Assembly (NCBI GenBank): GCA_963716725.1
Contig: CAVQUB010000020.1
Location: 64,001-128,000, forward strand
Reading direction: 5' to 3'
Length of the DNA stretch: 64,000 nucleotides
From: an uncultured delta proteobacterium
GTDB lineage: Bacteria; Myxococcota_A; Polyangia; Polyangiales; Polyangiaceae
Shown here in pieces: positions 1 through 7,834 of the stretch. The position numbers and the translations under genes are program-made. The first letter of the stretch is position 1, and the number at the start of each line of letters is the position of its first letter. The notes beneath the pieces were generated by a model. That model saw only the letters and a list, made by a program, of their open reading frames with translations. It did not search any database and was not told the origin of the DNA.

Positions 1-2879
1 TCGGCTCCGACTCCATCGTGGCTCATCTCGGCGCCCGGCACTCGGTGGGAACCGAGGCCACCACTGCCCTCGAGCTCGGTCGCAAGCTCGCTCACGCAGG
101 CGCGCGCGTCGGGATCGCCAGCGGACGTGCGCGCCTGAACCTGACCACCGACACCGGTGAGCTCCAGCCCGTCGGCGAGGTCGTGGACCGCGCCTCGTCG
201 CTGGCTCGCGACGCCGATCCGTCCATGGTCCTCGCCGACGCCACCACCAGCGAGCTCGGGCGCGGGCGTTTCGAGTTTCGCGCGCGAGACGACGGCTCGA
301 GCAGCATCGTCGGCGAGCAACTGCGCGGACCCCGGGCCGAACGGGCCGGCGGTGCGCCCTTCGTAGGGCGCGAGCCGGAGATGGCTCAGGTGGTCAGCGC
401 CTTCGAACGCTGCCGAGGTGACTCGACGCCAATTCTGGTCACGGTCACCGGGCCTCCGGGCATCGGCAAGAGCCGCCTGCGGCGCGAGGTGCTGGCTCGC
501 ATCACGGCCAGCGCGGATGCACCCGTGGTGGTGTTGCAGCGCAGCGACGCCTACGGCAGCGGACACGCCCTGGGCGCAGCCGCGGACGTGTTGCGCTCCA
601 TCGTTGGCCTGTCGAAGGGCGCGACGGCCAAAGAAGCCGAGACCGCCATCGTGAGCCGGCTGGGCCCGGCGACTCGCAGCGATCTGACCAGCAAGAATCG
701 CGAACTCTTGGCGCGCCTCCTGGCAAACGAGGCGCTGCCCGAAGGGCTCGACCCCCGCGGCGCCCGCGACGTCCTGTGGTTGGCCATGACCGACTTGGTT
801 CTGCAGGTCGCCGCCCAAGAACCCACGGTGCTCGTCATGGAGGACCTGCAATGGGCCGACCAAGAGAGCATTGGTTGGATCGACCACATGCTGGGTCGCG
901 CGGCGCAAAAGCCCCTCTTGGTCTTGGCGCTGGTTCGACCCGCGTTTTGGCACGACCACCCCCTCCGCTTTGCCGGTCGCGACCACGTGCGGCTCGAGCT
1001 GCGACCGATTTCGAAGAGGGCAACCCGCACCATCGCTCGGGCGCTGATGGGCGAGAGCGCCCCCGAGGACGTGCTCGATCGCATCGCCGAGCAGAGCGCC
1101 GGGCTCCCGCTGTTCGCCGAAGAGCTGGCGCGGATCGCGGTCACACGCCAGGAGCCAGTCAACGCTCCCACCATCGAAGCCGCCATCCAGGTGAGTCTGG
1201 ACTCGCTCGACGACGAGTGTCGCGACGCCGTGGGGCGACTCAGCGTCTTCGGCCAGAGCTGCTGGGACACCGGGCTGGAGGCGCTGGGGCTGCCCAACGC
1301 CGAGAGCGTCATGAAGGCGCTGGCCGCCGCCGAGATCCTGATGGAGCAGAACGTCTCGCGCTTTCCCGGCACCCGCGAGTGGGTATTCAAACACGCATTG
1401 GTGCGCGAGGTCGCCTACTCGAGCTTGGGAGATCGCGAACGCGACGAGTTGCACGCGCTCGCGGCGGGGTGGCTCGCGCGCATGGGTGAAGACGCCGCCA
1501 CGGTCGCTGGCCACTACGACCTCGGCAAGGAGCACGTCGCCGCCGCCGCGCATTGGTCCCGGGCAGCGCAGCGCGCTCTTGCCACCAACGCCATCACCGA
1601 CGCGCTTCGCATGGCCGAGCGCGCCCTGGCCTTTGCCGAGGAGAAACCAGACGCTTTCCTACGTGCTTCGTACCTCGACGAAGCTCACAGCCGCCTCGAC
1701 CCGCGGGCCAGCGAGCGAGAAACGGCCGTCGGCGCCATGGAAGACAACGTCTACGACGAGGCCAGCGCGGTGCGTGCAACCGGTGCGCGTGCGCGCTACG
1801 ACGATGCGCGCGGCGTCGGTCACGACATCACCGAGCGCCTGGCCGAAACCCGGGACAAGGCCGCGGCGCTGGGCCTGCATGACGAGGAAGCTCGCTGCTC
1901 AGCGGTGCTGGCGAACCGCCTCGCGTTTGCGGGCCGCTTCGCCGAGGCCGAAGCCGAAGCCACCCGCCTGCTCGAGCTGGCCGAGCGAAAGGCAACTTCC
2001 GCGGCGGCCGTGGACGCCTGGCAGACCTTCGCCATCGTTCGGCAGACCCAGGGAGCCGTGACCGCGGCGCTCGACGCACGTCGCAACGCCGTCAAAGCCG
2101 CGCGCTCCGCCGGGCTGAAAGAGCGGGAAGCCATGCTGATGACCAACTTGGGCTTTGCGCTGACCAGCATCGGGGCTCGCCAAGAGGCGCGGGGCGCCCT
2201 GGAAACGGGGCTTGCCCTGGCGGACGCCATCGGGTCGTCCGGAGCGGTGCGCCACGCGCAGATGAATTTGCTCGGCTGGGCGGCGACCTTCGGCAACGAC
2301 AAAGCACTCGAGGTGCACCTCGCCGAGGTCCGCGCCGAAGCGGACTCGACGGCGAGCGGGGTGTGGGCGGCCCCCGACCGAGCAAATCTAGGCGTGCTCT
2401 TCTACCGAGGCATGGAGCTTTTGCGTGCGAAGAACGAGACCTCATGCAAGCGCGCGGCGGCCCTCCTGCGCATGGCCGCTCAGGGTTATCGGGCCACGGG
2501 CAATCGTGACATCTTGCCCGCCGCATTGGGGCTCTGGGCCGAGGCCGAGCGCCGTTGCGGGAACTCCCAACGCGCCGCCGAGCTCGCTCGAGAGGCCGCG
2601 GAGTTGCTCGAGAGCGGCGCGCCCAGTCTCCTGAACGAGTCCAGCGTATATCTGCCGCTGCACGACGCCTGCGTGGAACTCGAGGACGCAGAACATGCGA
2701 AGCAGGCGGTGATCAGGGGACTGCAACCGCTGCAGCGGCGCCTCGAGGGTCTGCTCGGCACCACCTACGCGCGCTTGTTCTTGACCGAGTTGCCCAACAA
2801 CGCGGCGCTCCTGGCCGCGGCTGAAGGCTATGGCCTGGTGCCGGAGCGTATCCACCGGCTGCTCGAGACGAAGAACTAG
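1..2879 (+). CDS. AAA/STAND-type ATPase with TPR-like helical C-terminus (myxobacterial kinase/cyclase-ATPase type); 5' end lies outside the window
   Basis: Motifs FVGREPE, Walker A GPPGIGKS, Walker B-like LVMEDLQWAD, GLPLFAEEL, FKHALVREVAY. Frame is open to the window edge. The stop TAG (2877-2879) is part of the IS target CTAG. Confidence 0.8.
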   Translation, partial: GSDSIVAHLGARHSVGTEATTALELGRKLAHAGARVGIASGRARLNLTTDTGELQPVGEVVDRASSLARDADPSMVLADATTSELGRGRFEFRARDDGSSSIVGEQLRGPRAERAGGAPFVGREPEMAQVVSAFERCRGDSTPILVTVTGPPGIGKSRLRREVLARITASADAPVVVLQRSDAYGSGHALGAAADVLRSIVGLSKGATAKEAETAIVSRLGPATRSDLTSKNRELLARLLANEALPEGLDPRGARDVLWLAMTDLVLQVAAQEPTVLVMEDLQWADQESIGWIDHMLGRAAQKPLLVLALVRPAFWHDHPLRFAGRDHVRLELRPISKRATRTIARALMGESAPEDVLDRIAEQSAGLPLFAEELARIAVTRQEPVNAPTIEAAIQVSLDSLDDECRDAVGRLSVFGQSCWDTGLEALGLPNAESVMKALAAAEILMEQNVSRFPGTREWVFKHALVREVAYSSLGDRERDELHALAAGWLARMGEDAATVAGHYDLGKEHVAAAAHWSRAAQRALATNAITDALRMAERALAFAEEKPDAFLRASYLDEAHSRLDPRASERETAVGAMEDNVYDEASAVRATGARARYDDARGVGHDITERLAETRDKAAALGLHDEEARCSAVLANRLAFAGRFAEAEAEATRLLELAERKATSAAAVDAWQTFAIVRQTQGAVTAALDARRNAVKAARSAGLKEREAMLMTNLGFALTSIGARQEARGALETGLALADAIGSSGAVRHAQMNLLGWAATFGNDKALEVHLAEVRAEADSTASGVWAAPDRANLGVLFYRGMELLRAKNETSCKRAAALLRMAAQGYRATGNRDILPAALGLWAEAERRCGNSQRAAELAREAAELLESGAPSLLNESSVYLPLHDACVELEDAEHAKQAVIRGLQPLQRRLEGLLGTTYARLFLTELPNNAALLAAAEGYGLVPERIHRLLETKN

Positions 2880-2944
2880 TGCCGCGCGGCAGAAGTTTCG
2901 CTGGTTTCTTTTCCGTGTGCGTGTCGTCGGTGTAGTGGGGTGAC

Positions 2945-4098
2945 ATGATCGACTACAGCGCGTTCGCGGGCCGAGCGCACGGTGGTCGTCCGACGGTTCC
3001 GCTCGCGCTGAGGGCTGAAGAGCGCGCGCGGATCGAGGAGGCGTTGCGACCCGCCAGGGCGGAGCAGCGGCTGGTTCGTCGGGCGCAGGCCGTGTTGATG
3101 ATGGCGGACGGAGTGCCTGCGACGGACATCGCCCGGCTCCTCGGGGTGCACGTGCGCACGGTGGACGACTGGCGCAAGCGCTTCGACTGCGCGGCACCTA
3201 GCGAGAGACTGGCGGACGCCCCGCGCTCGGGACGGCCGCCCTCTCTCTCTCGGACACCGTAGCGGCTCGAGTAGAAGCAGAAGCGTGTCGACCGCCGAGC
3301 GACGTCGGCGTGCCCGTCACGCACTGGTCAGCGTCGTTGCTTGGCGTGCACGTTCGCGCGCAAGGAATTCAGATCAGCGACCGGTCGGTGGGCCGCATAC
3401 TCAAGGATGCTGACCTGCAACCGCATCGGCAACAAATGTACCTGACTTCGCACGACGACGAGTTCAGGGGGAAGCGCGACGACGTGCTGCGCGTCTACTA
3501 CGAGACGCCAAAGAAGGAGCACATCGTGTGCGTCGACGAGAAGACCGGCATCCAGGCGCTCGAACGCCGCTACGCTGACATTCCGATGGTGGCCGGACAG
3601 CCCGTCCGCCGCGAATTCGAGTACGTCCGCCATGGCACGCTCTGCTGGATGGGAGCGCTCGATGTCCGCCGCGGCAAGCCGTTCGGCTTCATCTCGGACG
3701 GGCACGACAGCGACACCTTCGTCGAACTACTCGACGTCATCGAGGCGGTCTACCCGCCGGGTCGTGGCCACATCATCATGGACAATCTCTCCGCCCACGA
3801 CACGCCCGACGTGAACGAGTGGTTTGACGAGCACCCACGCTGGACGCGCCACTTCACGCCGAAGCACGCGTCGTGGCTCAACCGGATCGAGTGCTGGTTC
3901 TCGATCCTCACGCGCCAACTTCTCGCACGAGGCTCGTTCACGTCAACCGACGACCTCGCGGCGAGGATCGACGCGTACGTCGCGTGGTATCTGCAGACCG
4001 ACCGACCCTTTCGCTGGTCGTACCGCCCCAAGTCGTGGGCCGAATCCAGAAAAATCTCCTCACTTTCTGCGAAGAAAGCCGCAACTGTTTCGGAGTGA
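2945..4098 (+). CDS. IS630 transposase, split into HTH ORF (2945-3262) and DDE ORF (3310-4098) at a (CT)5 tract
   Basis: HTH (DIARLLGVHVRTVDDWRKRF, DAPRSGRP) and DDE motifs VCVDEKTGIQ, HIIMDNLSAH, SWLNRIECWF. Removing one CT unit, as in copy 2, fuses the two ORFs. Confidence 0.9.
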
Positions 4099-4115
4099 GG
4101 CCCGACCACACGGGG

Positions 4116-4611
4116 ATGGCACAGGAAGGGCGAAAGCTCGGAAGATTTGGGGATGGGACGGACGAGGTGATCGGTGCGCTGATCGAGGTGCATCGGCATC
4201 TCGGTCCAGGGCTGATGGAATCCGCATATGAGGCCTGTCTATCTGCCGAGCTGTCCGAACGACGGCTCAAGTTCGAGCGGCAGCGACCGCTACCAATCCG
4301 CTACAAAGGCGTACACCTTGACTGCGCCTATCGCCTCGACCTGGTCGCTTCCAGATCGTATCCTCCTGGAGCTCAAGGCGGTCGAGCGGCTGCTCCCGAT
4401 TTACGAAGCGCAGGTCATCACCTATCTGCGCCTTTCGCGGTTGCCCGTCGGCCTGCTCGTCAACTTCAACGTGACCGCGCTCAGAAATGGCCTGCGGAGG
4501 CTAACGCCTGACCACCCCAAATCCTTCCGCTCTTCCGCCCTTCCTGTGAGAGCCCAAATGAGCGCAGGTCTCAGGGGCGAATCCACTCGAACTTCGGCCG
4601 CGCGGCACTAG
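4116..4611 (+). pseudogene. GxxExxY protein, copy 1, +1 frameshift at about 4348-4352 (real or assembly error)
   Basis: LGPGLMESAYEACL and the ELKAV motif are split across ORFs 3873-4511 and 4228-4611. CTTCC here versus TCGA in intact copy 2. Confidence 0.8.
4120..4548. repeat. ~37-bp imperfect inverted repeat pair bracketing the GxxExxY core (arms 4120-4156 and 4512-4548)
   Basis: Left arm CACAGGAAGGGCGAAAGCTCGGAAGATTTGGGGATGG; reverse complement of right arm CACAGGAAGGGCGGAAGAGCGGAAGGATTTGGGGTGG. Confidence 0.9.
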
Positions 4612-5813
4612 CGCGCGAGCGCTTTGCCGATCCGCGTGCAGGCTTCTTCGACCCGCGGCGGATCTTCGATCAGCGCAAAGCGCAGGAATCCCTCGCCGCC
4701 GGGCCCGAAGCCCGTGCCGGGCGACAGCGCAACGTGCGCCTCCTCGATCAGCCACGTGGCGGCGTCCCGCGAGCTCTTTCCCGCGAGCTTTCGCGGGATC
4801 TTCGCCCAGACGAACATGCTGCCACTCGGCTCGGGCACGTCGCCCCAGCCCGAAGCCGCGAGCCCGCGGGTCAGGGTGGTCGCGCGCGTTTGGTAAAGGG
4901 ACCGGATCTCGTCCACCAGCCCGTCGCCGTGGTCGAGGGCCCAAGCCGCCGCGTACTGCAGCGGCATGAAGGTGCCGTAGTCCATGTAGGTCTTGAGGTG
5001 CGAGAGCGCAGCGACCATTCGGGCGTTGCCGGCCATGAAGGCGATGCGCCAGCCCGGCATGTTGTAGCTCTTCGACATCGAGAAGACTTCGACGGCAAAG
5101 CTCTTCACCTGATCGTGATCGACCCCGCAGTCGAAGATGCTCGGGGCGTGGCGCGTGCTAAAATCGAGATCCGCGTACGCCGCGTCGTGCAGCAGCATGG
5201 CGCCCCCGCGCCCGACGACGCGCACGAGATCCGCGAGGGCCTCTCGCGAGATGACGAACCCGGTGGGGTTGTGCGGGTAGTTCGCGATCACGAGCTTGGT
5301 CTTGCCGCCTGCCTTCTCGACCTTCTGCATCGCATCTGCAATGGCCTTGGCCGGCTCCAGCTCGGCGGCCACTGAGTAGCCGACCACGGCGGCACCCGCG
5401 ATGGCGGGCGCCCCCTCGTGAATGGGATAACAGGGGTCCGGAACCACCGCGGAGTCCCCACGGTCGAGGATGGCGAGGCACAGGTGGCTGATGCCCTCCT
5501 TCGCACCCATGGTGACCAAGACCTCGGAGTCGACGTCGAAGCGTGTCTGGTAGCGTCGCTCGTACCAGCGGCCGAAGGCGGCCCGCAGCGCCGGCAGACC
5601 ACGCCCAGGGTGGTAGCGGTGGTTCTTCCCGATGTCGGCGGCAGCGTGCAGCTGATCCACGATGGCCTGGGGCGTCGGCCGATCGGGGTTGCCGAGGCCG
5701 AGATCGATGAGGTCGGCACCCGCGTCGATGGCCTTCTTCTTCACCGCGTCGGTGGCGACGAAGGCATAGGTGGGCAGGGCTTCAGCACGGGGGAAAGGCC
5801 AAGGGTTCGTCAC
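4608..5813 (-). CDS. PLP-dependent class I/II aminotransferase, AlaC/LL-DAP aminotransferase-like
   Basis: IDLGLGNPDRPTP, NYPHNPTG, DAAYADL, SMSKSYNMPGWR (PLP lysine), KTYMDYGTF, GEGFLRFALI. Confidence 0.88.
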   Translation of the reverse strand: MTNPWPFPRAEALPTYAFVATDAVKKKAIDAGADLIDLGLGNPDRPTPQAIVDQLHAAADIGKNHRYHPGRGLPALRAAFGRWYERRYQTRFDVDSEVLVTMGAKEGISHLCLAILDRGDSAVVPDPCYPIHEGAPAIAGAAVVGYSVAAELEPAKAIADAMQKVEKAGGKTKLVIANYPHNPTGFVISREALADLVRVVGRGGAMLLHDAAYADLDFSTRHAPSIFDCGVDHDQVKSFAVEVFSMSKSYNMPGWRIAFMAGNARMVAALSHLKTYMDYGTFMPLQYAAAWALDHGDGLVDEIRSLYQTRATTLTRGLAASGWGDVPEPSGSMFVWAKIPRKLAGKSSRDAATWLIEEAHVALSPGTGFGPGGEGFLRFALIEDPPRVEEACTRIGKALAR

Positions 5814-5871
5814 GCCGGGTCTGCTACCAAAATCCGGAGCCGGCGGCGAGGGGCTTCGACGGAAAACCCGC

Positions 5872-6720
5872 TCACCAACGCCGGGCGCGACCGGAGCGCT
5901 GTTCGGTGAGGGTGGACTGATCCTGTTCCTTCTTGATCAGCACGCCTCCGAATGGCAGCTCGCTCTTGATCCTATCTACGCCGACGTTGCTCTTGGACAG
6001 CACCGCGATCCAGTCGATGAGTTCGCTCGTGCTCGGCCGCTTGCGTACCCGGGGCACGGCCCGCACGTCGTAGAACGCGCCGATGGCTTGATCGACCAGG
6101 TCGTCGTCGACTTCCGGGTGGTGGACCCGCACGATGCGCTTCATCAGATCCGGCTCGGGGAAGTCGATGAAGTGGAAGACGCAGCGCCGAAGGAAGGCGT
6201 CCGGCAGCTCCTTTTCGTTGTTGCTCGTGATGATCACCACCGGCCGGTGCCGCGCGACGATCTCGTCCCCCGTCTCCGAGACCACGTAGCGCATGCGATC
6301 GAGCTCGTGGAGCAGGTCGTTGGGGAACTCGAGATCGGCTTTGTCCACCTCGTCGATCAAGAGCACGACGCGCTCGGCCGACGACAGGGCCCGCCCGAGG
6401 GGACCGAGCTTGATGTAGCGCCGGATGTCCTTGACGGCCTCGGGGCCCGCGTCGCCAAAGCGGGCCTCGTAGAGGCGCTGCACGGTGTCGTAGACGTACA
6501 GACCGTCCTGAGCACGCGTGGTGGATTTTACCGGCCAGTGAATCATCGGATGGCTCATGGCCTCGGCGATGGCGGCGGCCAGCAAGGTCTTGCCCGTACC
6601 GGGCTCGCCTTTGACGAGCAGCGGTCGTTCCAGGGCGATCGCCGCGTTCACTGCCGCCTCGAGCGACGGGTCGGTGATGTAGCTCCGCGTGCCGCAAAAT
6701 TGCCTAAATGACTCGATCAC
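5872..6720 (-). CDS. MoxR-family AAA+ ATPase
   Basis: PLLVKGEPGTGKT, LLIDEVDKADLEFPNDLL, ITSNNEKELPDAFLRRC, KRPSTSELIDW. Start placed at GTG 6720. Confidence 0.9.
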   Translation of the reverse strand: MIESFRQFCGTRSYITDPSLEAAVNAAIALERPLLVKGEPGTGKTLLAAAIAEAMSHPMIHWPVKSTTRAQDGLYVYDTVQRLYEARFGDAGPEAVKDIRRYIKLGPLGRALSSAERVVLLIDEVDKADLEFPNDLLHELDRMRYVVSETGDEIVARHRPVVIITSNNEKELPDAFLRRCVFHFIDFPEPDLMKRIVRVHHPEVDDDLVDQAIGAFYDVRAVPRVRKRPSTSELIDWIAVLSKSNVGVDRIKSELPFGGVLIKKEQDQSTLTEQRSGRARRW

Positions 6721-6792
6721 GAGCCAGGTTCTTAGCACGGGCGCCGCGACTCGCCCACCGCGATGCGGCTCGTGATAGACCCCTGGGTCCCG

Positions 6793-7830
6793 ATGTCGGT
6801 GCGCTACGAAATCCGAGCGGCTCTGCCGGAGGACGAGCAGCAGATCCTCGTGCTCGCCCAGCATCTGAACACGGTGAACCTGCCCAACGACCAGGGCCAC
6901 ATCCATCGCCTACTGGACCACAGCAAGAAGAGCTTTGCGGCGGAGATCCGCAGCGTATCCCACCGCAAGTTCGTGTTCGTGCTCTGGGATCTGAGCGAGG
7001 ATCGCGCGGTGGGGACCAGCATGATCGTGGCCCAGCTCGGTCGCCGCGACGCCCCCTACATCTACCTCGATGTGATCGACGAGGAGAAGTACAGCCGGAG
7101 CGAGGATCAGCACTTCCATCACACGGTCTTGCGCATCGGCTTTTCGTACAAGGGGCCCACCGAGATCGGCGGGCTGGTGGTGCTGCCGAGCTACCGGGCC
7201 GCCAGGGAACGGCTCGGCCTCCTCATCTCGTACGTGCGCTTCCTGTACATCGCCAGCCACCGGGATCTATTCCAGACCGAGGTGCTGGCCGAGCTGCTTC
7301 CGCCCCTCGAGGCCGACGGGACGAGCCACCTGTGGGAAGCGCTGGGGCGCCGCTTCTGCAATTTGAGCTATGCCGCCGCCGACTTGCTCTCCAGCGAGAA
7401 CAAGGAGTTCATCAAGGATCTGTTCCCGAGCGGCCTCATCTACGCGTCGCTCTTGTCGAGCGAAGCGCAAGCAGTCATCGGCAAGGTCGGCGCGCAGACC
7501 AAGGGAGTCGAGAAGATGCTCAAGCGCGTCGGCTTCCGCTACGCGCACCGAGTGGACCCCTTCGACGGTGGCCCGCATTTCACGGCGCCGACCGACGAGA
7601 TCAGCTTGGTCCGCGAGACCGAGGTGCGCCGGGTGCTCGGCCCCTCGAGCCCAACCGACGCCAGCCTCCCGGGCTTGTGCGCCTGCGAGGCGCCGGAGCG
7701 GCCGTACTTCCGCGCCGTGCCCGCGGCCTTGGTCTTTCAGGGCAAAGACGGCGTGCGCCTGCCCGCCGCCGTGATCGCGCACCTCGGCCTCGCCGAGGGC
7801 GACGCGGTCACCTGCCTGCCGGTTCGCTGA
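6793..7830 (+). CDS. astA: Arginine N-succinyltransferase family protein
   Basis: TVNLPND, GPTEIGGLVVLPSYR, VLAELLP, LWEALGRRF, YAAADLLS, KEFIKDLFP, GFRYAHRVDPFDGGP. Confidence 0.82.
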   Translation: MSVRYEIRAALPEDEQQILVLAQHLNTVNLPNDQGHIHRLLDHSKKSFAAEIRSVSHRKFVFVLWDLSEDRAVGTSMIVAQLGRRDAPYIYLDVIDEEKYSRSEDQHFHHTVLRIGFSYKGPTEIGGLVVLPSYRAARERLGLLISYVRFLYIASHRDLFQTEVLAELLPPLEADGTSHLWEALGRRFCNLSYAAADLLSSENKEFIKDLFPSGLIYASLLSSEAQAVIGKVGAQTKGVEKMLKRVGFRYAHRVDPFDGGPHFTAPTDEISLVRETEVRRVLGPSSPTDASLPGLCACEAPERPYFRAVPAALVFQGKDGVRLPAAVIAHLGLAEGDAVTCLPVR

Positions 7831-7834
7831 CGCG

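Larger units (their letters stand above)
2876..4611 (+). mobile_element. IS630-family insertion sequence, copy 1, with GxxExxY passenger cassette
   Basis: Terminal inverted repeats CTAGTGCCGCGCGGCAGAAGTTTCG (left) and CGAACTTCGGCCGCGCGGCACTAG (right). CTAG at both ends (2876-2879, 4608-4611). Near-identical second copy at 29866-30932. Confidence 0.93.

Noticed and set aside
2876..4611. IS110/IS1111 bridge-RNA or IS200/IS605-TnpB type element
   Set aside because: The transposase has an IS630 DDE triad and terminal IRs; no DEDD, HUH or RuvC motifs and no evidence of a guide RNA.
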